From: Selaginella moellendorffii
Taxonomy: Eukaryota; Plantae; Lycopodiophyta
DNA: 64,000 bases
Direction: 5' to 3'
NCBI RefSeq assembly: GCF_000143415.4
Contig: NW_003314309.1
Span: forward strand, 359,474 to 423,473
Each line of letters starts with the position of its first letter. The stretch's first letter is position 1. Positions 43,233 through 55,740 of this stretch are shown here, piece after piece. A program made the position numbers and the translations under genes. The notes below the pieces were generated by a model. It did no database searches, was not told where the DNA came from, and saw nothing but the letters and a program-made list of their open reading frames with translations.

Positions 43233-45833
43233 ATGTGTCGTCTCAATCCCTGCGAGTGCGAGGAAGATAATCCTCTGATTGCCGCCGCCGCGGCAGCGCC
43301 AGCGCCAGCGCCTTCGTCAATCGTGCTCGTGCTTCCCAGCATCAACGATCCTGTCGTCCAGCCCGTGAAAGATTACGAATCGGAGCTCCATCGATGGCCA
43401 ACATCCGCCGAGGTGGGTGTCTCTTGCCATAATATATTTTCTCTTCTTGGATCCCTCTTTCTTTCCTTGGCTGCATGCATTGCTTGCGGCCTTGATCGTG
43501 ATTTTTCCAGGGAATTTTTTCCGTGCGGCGCTGTGCTGGTGTGTGCCTGTGGTACCATCACTCCCACGGCAGCCAGCGTCCATGGCCAGCTAGTTTGCTT
43601 GCTCGCGAGAATCACTGTGTTATTGTATTTTTTTCCCTCGGGATTTGATCTCCGATTTGGCTGTGATTTATATCCTTTGTTTTCATGTGGCATTTCTTTC
43701 CTCGGTCATACGGGCACGTTTGTAAATGTATTGCTTGCTTGCTTGCACCTCTCCTGCTGTGGATCCATCGGTGTCAGTCGCCCGCTATGCTCTGTGACAA
43801 GCTTGGACTGGAGGCCGTGTCGCGTTCGCGTGGATTTGTGTATGATATTGTACCGGCACCGGCACGGTGCCTGTGAGAGCGAGTCAGTCGGTCGCGACGA
43901 GCGGAAGAAAGAATGCGTGCTGTGACTTTGTCATGCGTGTGAGACCGAGGTAGAGAGCAAAGGCACTGATCGATCCTTTCTCGTTTTTTTTCCAAATGGA
44001 GCACAGGTTGTGGAGGAATTGAAGCAGATGAGTGGCATAGCGGGACCCATGGTGGTAATGGGTCTGCTTCTTTATGCCAGGTCTATGATATCCATGCTAT
44101 TTCTAGGCCATCTCGGGAAGATGGAGCTCGCTGGAGGAGCTCTATCCATGGGCTTCGCCAACATCACCGGCTACTCTGTGCTGGCGGGGCTGGCCATGGG
44201 GATGGAGCCGATCTGCGGCCAGGCTTGCGGAGCCAAGAGGTGGCACCTGATGGGCATTACACTCCAGCGGACCATCCTGGTGCTCCTCTGCGTCTGCGTG
44301 CCCATCGCCAGCCTGTGGATCAACATGCAGCGAATTCTGCTGTGGTGCGGCCAGGACGAGGGCATCACGGCAATGGCGGGTACATACATACTCTTCTCGC
44401 TTCCCGACTTGCTGGCGCAGGCAATTCTCAACCCCCTCCGGATTTACCTGCGGACGCAGAACATCACCACGCCGCTCACCTGGTGCTCGGCGCTGGCGCT
44501 GGCGCTGCACGTTCCCATCAACCTGCTGCTGGTGATCCACTTGAAGATGAGGATCCGCGGGGTGGCGCTCTCCGCCGCATTGACCGACTTCAACCTCGTC
44601 ATCTTCCTGGTGGGCTACCTCCGCATCTCGGGCAAATACAAAAGGACGTGGGACGGCTGGTCGCGGGACTCGCTCAAGGACTGGCGCCCGCTTCTCAACC
44701 TGGCCATCCCCAGCTGCATCAGCGTGTGCCTCGAGTGGTGGTGGTACGAGTTCATGATCATCGTGTCGGGGCTGCTGACCAACGCAAAGGCGGCGGTGGC
44801 GTCCATGGGCATCCTCATCCAGACCACGGCGCTCGTCTACATCTTCCCCTCGTCGCTCAGCCTGGCCGTGTCGACGCGGGTGGGCAACGAGCTGGGCGCC
44901 AACCGGCCGGCCAAGGCCCGCATTGCGATGATGGTGGCGCTGGCCTGCGCGGGGGTGGTGGCGGTGCTGGCCATGACGTTCACGACGACGATGCGGCATG
45001 TGTGGGGGGGCATGTTCACCAAGGACGACTCCATCCTCTCGCTCACGTCGCTGGTTCTGCCCATTGTTGGGCTGTGCGAGCTCGGGAACTGTCCGCAGAC
45101 AACTGGCTGTGGGGTCCTCCGGGGCTGCGCGCGGCCATCGACGGGGGCCAACATCAATCTGGGATCCTTCTACTTTGTGGGGATGCCAGTGGCGATGGCT
45201 CTTGGGTTCTTGTTTAATGTCGGGTTCCCTGGGCTCTGGCTGGGCCTGCTGGCGGCACAAGGGACATGTGCGGCCCTCATGATGATTGTGCTGATGCGGA
45301 CGGATTGGGCTCTGCAGGCGGAGAGAGCCAAGCACTTGACGTGCTCGGTGGATGCTGCTCCTGCTGCTGCTTCGAGTCCCAGGAATGACGAGGAGGAGAT
45401 GAGCTGCATCATGAGCAGCAGCAACAGTGGCAGCACCGCCGCCGCCGCCACCGCCACCGCCACCGCCACCATTACGAGCAGCGCCACTAGTGTGCTCAGT
45501 GCTGCTGCCACCAACAACAACAGCAGCAGCAACAGCAATGTTTGCAAGGCAGTGGATCATCGCCACCATGAGACGACTTTTAGAGTTGATGAAGACGAGG
45601 CGGCCGTCATATCGGTGAAGGTGATGCCCCTGGTGGAAAGTGAAAGGGAGCACGGAGACAAGCTTCCTCCCCTTCTTCCTCCTCCCCCGCCTGCCGCTGC
45701 TCCAGCTGCTACTGTTGCTCATCATCATCATAATCATCTTCGTCAACCATATCATCATCAACAACATCATTATCAACAGCAGCACCAGCAGGAAACTACT
45801 GCGGCAGCAGCGGCAACAGCAGCAGCTACTTGA
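43233..45833 (+). CDS. MATE/DTX efflux transporter (ABS3/DTX48-56-like), exons 43233-43412 and 44007-45833
   Basis: A phase-0 GT-AG splice joins RWPTSAE to VVEELKQM. Motifs LLYARSMISMLFLGHLG, FANITGYSVLAGLAMGMEPICGQA, CLEWWWYE, STRVGNELGANRP and CELGNCPQTTGCGVLRG. Long low-complexity C-terminal tail. Confidence 0.93.
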
Positions 45834-48800
45834 AGGAGGCGGACAGGGACAAGAGGGGATCAGATCTAGATACTAAAACCGGTAATGGCGGGGGAGGCTG
45901 GTTGGCCGGCTGGCTGCTGCAAGAACACTTGTGTCGTCGAATCTGCGTCATGCAAAAGGTGGTGGAAGGCTCTCCTTGAGTCATGGATGGGTGGATGGTT
46001 GGATGGGTATGTGCGTGCACAGGGTGACTGGTTTTCTTTTTGTGCGTGCAGTGAGAGGCAAGAAGCGAGCCTCTTGGTCTCGGTGTCGCCATCCAGAAAA
46101 GTTGCGGCTTTAAGTGTAGCTAACTGGTGTGGATTACACAAAAGAGAGAGAGCAGCTTCTTTTCTTGTTTTTCGTGTGCGGGAGCTACACCTACAGTGGC
46201 AGCAGTAGCAGCACCACCACACCACCACTACCAACAGCAAAGAGTTCGCATCAGCACCAGTGCTCTCCAGCAGCTACAGCAATACTTTGCAACAAGCAAG
46301 AAAATTGATAAACGAGATTAGGCCGGTTTGGTACATTGTGGTTCCAGAGAAGTTGGCCCAGCACAAGTCACAATGCAAATTGCAGTATATGAGGGAAGAT
46401 TGATCAGCAGCCAGCCATAAGAAGGCTAGCTACATTATTCTCAAAGTCCTTTTCTTTTCTTTTCTTCTTTTCATTTTTTTGGTTTTTCCTGGTGGGGGAT
46501 GGATGGATCATTGGTGTAAGAGGAGGGGAAAACAGGAACTCCTCTCTTTAAAATTTCTGGAATTTGTTTATTTCCTTCTAGAGACTAAATGGTGGTGGTG
46601 ATCGGTTAGATTGCCACTTGTATTTGTTTGGCATTTGATATATGGATGTATATGCCCAAAGGTATCATTCTTTTCTCCTAAAGTTCATGCCTTGCTTTCT
46701 TTTCTGCCAACCGAACACAAGAAGAAGGAAGTGCTGCTTAGGTGGGCTGTATAGTCGTCACGAGTTCTTTGCTCCTCGTATGGGAGGTGGGGGCTCCCAT
46801 TGGATGGAAGTGGAGCTACTGCAAAACAAAGAAAGCCTTGTGTGTACTTTGGCCTTCTCTCCTGACGTGTGTGGAATTCACCAGCCAGCTTCAGCTCTGA
46901 ACCTTTGTAACAAAGATTGGATAGAGATCAAGATCAAATCATATGATCAGTGAGGCTTAAGCTGTTAGCTTAGTGGCTAGCAAACAGATAGAGATGGATA
47001 GCATGCAAGACAATTGGTGGTGAATGATGAGTGGGGTGGTGGGTTCCCCACTGTGCTGCCAAGGCAAGGCATGTAGCACAGCCAGGAAAGAGTGATAGGA
47101 GAGAGGGCAAAATGTAGAGAAAGAAGAGGACAAGGGAGGCAAATGCAAATCAAAAGGACTGCCCTTCCTCCTGGCCTGCTGCTTCTAGATGGAACCAGCC
47201 AATTGCTATGCTCTCTTTTCCTTTTTTTGCGATCTTTTTTGCTGTATTTTATCACCCAATAGGAGAACAGCACACTGCAATCTTTTGTGTTTCTGCTGCT
47301 GCCACCCCAGCCACATCAGGAAGAGTTTATATGCCTGCGTGTGAGGGCCACACACTCACATCCTTGTGTACATTGCCCAACCCAAAAAATGACCAGAATT
47401 CAAGAATGCAAGCCAAAATTCCATACAATATTATTGTTGCTGTCCAAAAGGCAGAGCCGGCATGTAAATCTTGAGATGGGAAGGGTGTGGCTGCAACACA
47501 AAGAGAACAATGCACAATATCATGTCTCAAAATCAAAGCGAAAAGAATTTTGGTTTGTGCTGGCCACTTTAGCACTAGATAGTGCTAACAACAAAAATAA
47601 GCTAACAGTTTCGGGTCGCCACCTTTCTCCCTCAACGATTGCTAACCAGGATCTTGCTTGCTTGGTCTTGTTTTTTTCTTGTTGCTTGATTACTACCCAC
47701 AAGGTGACAAATCAGGCACAAACTTTGTTGTTGCGTTCTTAATCTCAAATCTAAAGACATGAAAGAGTCAAACGAGCCCAGTTGAGACTGCTACTAGCTG
47801 CTGCCCGCCTGCTATTCCTAAAATCCTTGTTAAGCATCCCGCCTAAAACGCCTATAAAGTCGAGAGCACAACGACAAGGATCTTTGCAACACGACACTCG
47901 GCTTTCTACACCGACAAAATGTTTTGGGACTCGTCGTGTCGGCTGCAAAACTTCCAAGAATCCACAAGAGAAGGGCCACTTGTTAGTAATGAAATCACTT
48001 ATAAGGGTGTTATAGCTGCTCAGCAATTTGGATTGTTTTGCAACACTAGAGATTTTGTAACTCAAACTGTGTCTTTTAGTGCCTCCTCCTTGGATTGAAA
48101 AAACTTAAAAGGAATCTATCTATCAGTGTTATACCGGTTTGACCACGCCTAGGACGCGAACTTTGATTCCTATGGAGACCTAAAAGACAAACTACTCTAG
48201 ACACTCATATTATGTTATGTTGTAGCGTAGTGGGGTGTCAGTGTTTCTTCTTCGTATTCTTTTTAGCTCCTAAAAAGAAGGGACTGTGGATAAACTTCTG
48301 GAGTTTCTAGACATATTTTTGCTAGCTCAAGCACGGAACCAAGTACGCGATCGCTTGTCTTGCGGGGAGGCCTCACAAGCTTGGAAGACCACATGAAATC
48401 TGGTCAGCACACTTGATTCCACTCCAATCTGAACGGCTGCACGTTGCATCTTCTGCGGCAAGCCAGAAGTCACGCGAAAATCCACACTCAAGCCTTGAAA
48501 GTTGGTCAAGAGAGTCAAAAAAAGGATCTGGAAAACAGTGATAGTGGTGCGACAGTAGAATCATATAGCCACACTTTGTTCTTACCTAGGGAATTGGTGC
48601 TCAAGACCCCTGGTCAGTCAAGAAGCCACCTGGTAAAAATGCAAGCAATAATGCAACACTTGGAACGATCAAAGAAATTCTCTTTATCACAATCACATAG
48701 CTAGGTCTCTTGACCTTGGTGAATTTCACACTTTTTCCTTTGTGTAGTCAAAACTTTCCACACAATTCCTTTATGGAAGAAGAAAAAGAGAGAATTTGAT

Positions 48801-51182
48801 TCTCTTACAAAGATAAAAGGGAAGAGAGGCGAGTCAAACGAGTTGGAGGAAGACAAATGCACCTAGTCTGTGCGTTTGTTTCTTGATAGCACCACCATTG
48901 CTACCACCACCACCCCCACCACCGACGACGCTTTGGATTTGTTTCTATCACTTGCCATACACGAGGACTTGCAAGGTTTTTATATTTGCCAGTCCCCACG
49001 TTCCATTCGACACTAGAATTCTAACATATTAGCTAGAAGGAAACATGTCAGTGTGATGCTACTGCTCCATTCTGGAATTGTTTCCTTCCATGACAGAAAC
49101 CATCGCTCTCCAAGTTTAAACAATTTGCAGTGATGATCTACTACTTGACATCAGTTACCATGACGACCAGCTGATCAAATCAAGACTAACCAGATGGAGG
49201 TTGACAAGTTATGAACTATTGTTGTTTTCAAGTTGTCTTAAAACATCCATCCGGGCGCCTGGCCATCGCTATTTTCACCGGCCAATGCGTGGCGGGGCCA
49301 AATCCTAAAGCACAAATGGCCAGGTAGGCAAAGACGCGTTCCGTACACTTTGCCACCCACGTACGGAGGAAAGCGATGGCGAGACAGGTCGGGAGGACGA
49401 ACAAAGCACGCCCGTCTTTTTGGAGACAGGCCCTTTGGTTGGTGCCTTGAGACGGGACCGCTCTTGGGCATGTTCCTTGGGGCAAAGAAAAAAAAAGGTG
49501 GAATAAAAGGGGGAAAAGGGGGGTTAAATCCATAATAAAGAATTTCATCTTTTTCTCGTGTTGTGGGACCTGGAAACCAAAGGAAGATTCTTGTTATTGC
49601 GGGGGAATTTTCGACCTTTGCCTTGATATTGTCTTGATTTTGCTAGACTTGAATAAGCCGGAAAATCATGAGAGGCAGATGGCGTGTCGAGAAAATGGTT
49701 ACAAAACCTTTGACTTTCTGTAGATTGGATCATTTTCTTCTTTTTCCCCGGACCGCTTTCTAGCAACTGACTTTTGGAACCACGATGTAAAAAAAAAAAA
49801 ACATAAAAGAAAAAAAAGGTTCTCTCACCTTTTTCATTTGTTTTTTAATTGATTAAATTTTGTCTGTAGTTGCATTCCCTTTGACCCCACATCAATTTCC
49901 CAGATACAAGTGTTTGTAAAATCTTCAAATACTTCTTTATTTTTAATGTTTAATTTTGTTCTTGTTTCGGCTCTTTTTTCTTGTGAGTGCTGTTGTAGCT
50001 GACTCGAAAGGAACAGAATCTCTTCCCACTCCTTGAGTTGAGTGGTGTGGTGGGCTGTGAGTACAACAGCACACAATGCGGCACCCACATTCTGCTAGAA
50101 AATCTTCTTTCCTCCAAGAAAACTGAAGAGAAAAAGCAAAAGCTTCAAATTTTTCTTTTTTCAAGAAAAAAGAAATGAAAAAGAAGTGGAAGGGACCTTA
50201 AGCACTATCTAGCAGCTACAATCATTGTGGAAGGAAATGCTGGATCCTCTATGGCAATCCTTGCAAAGTTTGTATCTCAGTGTTGTAGGGTGGTGGTGGA
50301 ACTAAGAAAGAAACCACTGAATGGAGATCTCAAGCTTTCTCATAATAATAATATCAATGTTAACACTACTGTCATTGAGACGTAGTTACAAGAGAAGCTT
50401 CACAGATATCTCTCTTCTAATAATAACATCAATAGTAACAGTATTGTTGTTGATCAAGCATGGTGGGTCTAGCCAAGATTCTCAAAGCCTTTAAACTCCA
50501 TCCACATTTTCTTAAAGCTGCGGGAAAAACAAACTTGTACAAAAAGAGCAGCGGGATTTCCTTGACTAGAAAGAAAAAACACCACAATAGAGATTTTTAC
50601 TGGAACGGAGGCCGCTGTGATTTGAACAGCGCACCAAATTATCAAATCAGGAAAAGTCATTGCAGCGGAAAAAGAATCGTCCACCACTTCCCATTCAAGG
50701 ACCATCGAAGTTTGAAAAAAATTTCGCGTCGACTTCGCTTTGTCACAAATCTCCATCCAGCCTTTCCTTTCCGGAGAAATGACCACAAACAGCACGCCAA
50801 CCCACATAATGCAAGGGAGGATAGACAATGGATGCCCCGCTCGAGTACTCCTGGAAGGAAAAGATGAAAAGAGAAATACCTCACTGATCAGTCTGTCATT
50901 CACGGCCTGGACGGACAGACGGAAGAAAGAATCCAAAGGCTTGTGCACTGTCGTTTCAGTTGCAAGAGACGAGCCGGCTCGTAACAGAGTCTTTTCTCGT
51001 TTCTGTCCCCGCAAGGCCGTAGCGTTTGCTTATCTCTTCGCTCTGTCCCGATGGAAACTGTCCAGTCCTGTAAAAGGCCTTGTCAATACGTCAAAAAGGA
51101 GCCGGAAAGACAAGTTTCATACCTTTCCATGCTTGCTTGTCCGACACTCTGCGTCTCGTTCTCTGTTTTCTCTTTTGCTTTC

Positions 51183-52456
51183 TTAGTTCGGAAGCCGAGG
51201 GTCGTCGTACAGGACGACGGACTGCGATAGCTTGATGGATTCCAAGGGCCGAGATGGAGGAGGAACAGGAGGAGACGCTCCTTGGTTGGAGTTTTGGCCG
51301 CCTTCGCTTCGAGTGTGCCACCTCTTTTCCAGCTCGATCTCGTCCGCCTGTGTGGAGCTTGCCACCAGGTGTTGGTCCGATTCCAGCTCCTCGGGCAAGT
51401 TCTTGACGCTCCCGTAAGCCACTTGTTGCACAGGGGGACGATAATACACTGCGTACAGAATGAGCTGCAGCGTGGAGAGCAGGAAGCCAAGCCCATCCGA
51501 TATCTGCAGAGTACGATAAAGAAAAGAAAGGCCAGTTCCATTATTGAGGCACCGTGGAAAGCAAAACAACGTGTATTTACCTTGCGCGTTTTTTTTACCG
51601 GGAGCTCAAGAGCTTTTGGATCAACTTACAATGACAAAGATGTCGGGTCCAAGTATACCATAGACAGTCCACGTAAAACCGCTGCAAAAGATGGCCAAGG
51701 AGAGGAGGAACGGCATGTATTCGACGCTCCTGGTTCTGATTACAAGGCCCTGCCGAGAAATCGTGTTTTTGAGTAAAGAAAACGTAGAAAAGAACATGAC
51801 GGACCATGATAGACAAGGGAGCGGCATAAGCCAGAATGGAAGAAATAGTGGCAATCACGCCGGCAAAAGTTTCTCTCTTGCTCTGCCGAAGAAATGCCAT
51901 TGTTATAATTATATCCATGGCGAAGAGGATGACGGTCGTGACAACCATTACTGTTGTCCTCGACTGGAAAAAACCAAATGGAGGAAACAAAGAAGGAAAA
52001 GAGAAAAACATCACCAAATCAAATTGAGGAATAAAATTGGAGAGTACCTTTCTTTCAGGTGGAGCGTAGATGAAGAACATGATAACGTAGATGGATTGCA
52101 ACACCACCTGAATCGCACTGATAATAAAGAGGAGAAGGTTCTGGCTCGTGATGAATGGCAATGCATACCAAGCCCAGAATAAATTGCACAAGATCGTGGT
52201 TATATATGGGAGCACTGAGAAATTCTCAGTGTCCTTCCTCTTGTAAATCCGGTAGAATGTGGGTCTAGAAAAAACCAACCAAGGTAAAAGGACATAGGCA
52301 TAAAACACTTTACATTGGGGCTAAACTGGAGAGAATCGTAGTGATGTTGCCTGTGGAGACAAAAGAACAAAAACCCTTTCGATCAGAGGGAATGTAGTTG
52401 CGCCCGCCGAAGATCTCACCAAGAACGCCAAATACGATCCTCAATTTCTTTGTCAT
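51183..52456 (-). CDS. SWEET: SWEET/MtN3 sugar transporter, complete, 6 exons
   Basis: MTKKLRIVFGVLG|NITTILSSLAP|PTFYRIYKRKDTENFSVLPY...YAAPLSIM|LVIRTRSVEYMPFLLS|ISDGLGFLLSTLQLILYAVY; stop at 51183. Confidence 0.93.
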
Positions 52457-52511
52457 TCTCGCAGCATCGTGATCTCTCTCCCGCCCAGACCTAAAAAGAA
52501 ACTTCTTCCAT

Positions 52512-52530
52512 TTTAGGGCTAGGGTTTAGG
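52512..52530 (-). promoter_or_regulatory. Telo-box-like motif just upstream of the bL36 ATG
   Basis: ttagggctagggtttaggg contains the reverse complement of AAACCCTA, common in plant ribosomal-protein promoters and 5' UTRs. Confidence 0.6.
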
Positions 52531-52531
52531 G

Positions 52532-52898
52532 ATGAAGGTGCGATCGGCTGTGAAGAAGCTGTGCGAGCACTGCTACGCGGTCCAGCGAGGCCGCCGCGTC
52601 TACATTGTGTGCAAGGTGAATCCCAGGCACAAGCAGCGCCAGGGCTACTCCACTGATGCCGCCCCCGCCTCCAAAGAGCTGGAAAATTCGTCTTCAAAGG
52701 TATACATTCCCCCTTCCTTCTTTTGTCTGAGTTTGTTTCTAGGTGGAGCTCAAGGAGCCCGAGACTCAGCTGAGCAAGTAAGAACTCCACTCTCTTGTTA
52801 AACTTTTGTAATGCTGCAGGGATAGAAGCGGCTCTGGATTGTCTTGGTTCTTCTCCAAGTTCTCGCTGGAAAATGTTTTCATGAAGAGCAAATACTAG
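52532..52898 (+). CDS. RPL36: Nuclear-encoded organellar-type ribosomal protein bL36 with C-terminal extension (exons 52532-52699, 52743-52777, 52820-52898)
   Basis: [38 protein letters not shown] with the CxxC..C..H zinc ribbon intact. The spliced frame stays open to KSKY*. Confidence 0.9.
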
Positions 52899-52984
52899 AA
52901 TCTTTTTGTGAAGGAGATTAATCTCAATTAGTTCAGAAAAGTCTTTTATCTTAAATCATAAATAAAGGTCTATATATATTTCCA

Positions 52985-55740
52985 TGGTATATTAATTAAC
53001 CCAAAAACTTTAAGTTTATATATAGGAGTGAGTGGTCCGAGTTAAAATTAATTTGATGGTTACTAAAATCCTATTGTGCTAATATTAATATGAGTGATGG
53101 TGGATGTAACGGATGGGCTGGGGTTGACTTCACATCATCCCTTTTTTTTAGAATAATGGAAGACCATCAAGGTTCTTTTATGAATGGGCTAAGATTAGAA
53201 AGAATATCAGGAAGAAACATTGATGGATCTATAGATGATGTTAATTGTTTATAATCCCTTTGTACAAAGTGTTTTAATTGTTGCATATACACAATTTCTG
53301 GAGGATCGGTTTGCTAAATGTTGTGCCAAACCTCATAAACTTTGGGTCCAACTTGCCACAACACTTAATACAATCCTTTCCACTGAGCAAAAAACCTTTT
53401 AGATAAACCACATTTCATAACATGGGGAAAATAAACTAACACTAAGTCATTCATTTTGTATTCCACAGATGGATGATGGTGGGAGTTGTAGCACCATTGT
53501 TATCCCCTTTGTATGCAGCCCAAGAGATTGGTAGATTGTGCTCGGGCAAGTGGAAGAATGCTTATCAAATATTGATCCCACGATCTAACATTAGTAGCCT
53601 ATAGCAATAGTGAAAGTAAACTCAACTACATTGATAGTATTGGATCATGATCATATAAGAATTTATATAATGAAGCACTAATGGAACTCTATACCCTTAT
53701 AACATACACATACCAAAGAGATAGCAAATAACCATCATAATCTGAATGTTGAAAGTTCACATATTTCATGATTATTCATTTGAAGGTTCAAATGAGCCAT
53801 TCCATTAAATCATTTGACTATGGATGATAAGCACTCATGAAAGTATGACATTTTCCCAAATGAGTGTATTCCCAAACAAGACATCAAAATGTGAAATGCC
53901 TCAGCTATAAATGTGGAACCATTATCCAAAAGAATCTACTCCAGACAGGAATGTTGGAACACCACTCGATTAAAGAGGAAGTAACTAACATAAGTAGTAG
54001 ATGCGCTAGCAAGAGCACCAACTTCCACTCAACGAGTTAAGTAGTCAAAAGCAATAATGATATACTCACTACCAGCAGTCAGCCATGGAAAAGACTCCAT
54101 TATATCAAATGCCACCAATTCAAACAAATAGGAAATTGCAATTAACTCCAACCATCCTTCCACAACATGAGGGGGAGTATTATAAACTTGGCACTAGACT
54201 TAGTTACACATATACTAGATAACATCATATTGCACCTCTAGCTAATAAAAAGACCTGCGCAACTTCTCGATCACGTGATGATATTCTATATGCCCGCCTA
54301 TGATAGGAGAACTATGGTAGGTCTGAAGAATAAAGAGTAAAGGCACCACAAACCATAAATAATCATTAGGATCCGTCCCTACAAAATAAAAAAGATCATT
54401 CTTAAGGTGATATTGAGAATGTAAATGCCAAAGTGGCAAGTCATCAATAAATGATGCATGATTCTCAAATCTATTGCGAAATTTTCGAATCTATGATTCA
54501 ATCTTTTGAGCCTTGCGAACCTCATCAAGAGAAAGTAAATCTTGCTTTACACTTGTGGACACTAAATGTAAAGTATAACAATTACTAATGGTATGGAATC
54601 CTCGTCCAAAAAATCCATAGATGCAGGAGTAATAGAATCATCAGAAAGATAAGAAGAGAGCGAAGAAGGAAGAGGAACTTGAGAAAGAGTATCAACATTA
54701 GTCATAAAACTCCCTAGATGATGAATAATATCAAAATTATATATCTGAAGTTTCAAAACCCATTAAACAATATGACTAACTAAGTTCTTCCGCTTCAATA
54801 ATGAAGAATTGCAATATGATCACCTTTTAATAATGTCTAAAAACTATATAGACATGCATAAAGTTTCTCAAAACCCCAAATACTACTACTAAACACTCCT
54901 CTTTTGTCATGGAGTAGTTCACCTTTGCTAGTTGTAATGTATAGGTGATATATGCAATAGGATAACATTGACTAAGCATACTTGGGTTTTCTTGCATCAA
55001 CACACCTCTAAGACTGATATCAAAAGCATCCATGAGCAAAATGAAAAGTTAAGTGTAATCAAGATATGCCAAAATTGGAGGAGTCGTTAATAATTCTTTG
55101 AGATCTGTAAATACCCACTCACAATCTATAGACCAAGTGAAAGATAACATTGATGATTTTAGCAATGCTGGTAACGGTGTAATGTGATAAAAAAGATAAT
55201 CAACAAAATGACTGAGATACTACACCAAGAAGTGTTGTATATCATTCACACACTTTGAAGTAGGGAATTTTATAGCAACCATAAGTTTGTTATGATTAAT
55301 TTGTAAACTCTCATGAGAAATGCGATACCCAAGATAAGTCTTGTTTTTAAACCCAAACACGCACTTTAACCACTTTAGCTTTAAACTAACTTCATGTAGT
55401 TAATCCAACATTTTACGAATATCATGGACGTGTTTCTCCCATGTCCCTTTCAAGTGGATCAAAACATCATTAATGAAGTTAAAAGTGACTTTTGGCATAT
55501 CACAAAAAACCTCATCTATCATTTGTTAAAAAGTGGCTAAAGCATTATTCAAAATAAATGGCATCACTAAGAATTCGTACAACTAAATGGTGTATAAAAA
55601 GTAGTTTTAGGAATATCCTTTTCAACTATCGGTATTTACTAGTACTGAGAAGCAAGATTCAACTTGGTGAATTAATGACTTATCCCCAAATGATCCAAGA
55701 GATCAGAAGTGTGAGGAAGAGAGTATACATCTAGGAAAGT
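52985..55740 (-). mobile_element. Old, strongly AT-decayed copy of the Gypsy element (3' LTR remnant, PPT, integrase, RNase H, RT)
   Basis: Colinear with 58790-61180. LTR remnant ~52985-53133 matches 63388-63523. PPT AAAAAAAGGGATGA on the minus strand at ~53134-53148. Confidence 0.9.

Noticed and set aside
43413-43925. Cys-rich continuation of the 230-aa ORF 43233-43925
   Set aside because: It reads through the MATE intron; splicing at 43412/44007 restores the family alignment.
44142-45785. 547-aa antisense ORF over the MATE gene, and antisense ORFs over tubulin
   Set aside because: Expected shadow of high GC3 codon usage; no recognisable protein.
46000-51180. Short ORFs (e.g. 50469-51014) and small hairpins (~47030-47080, ~49035-49090) as genes or miRNA precursors
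   Set aside because: No recognisable family or exon chain, stems are short, and no known mature miRNA was recognised.
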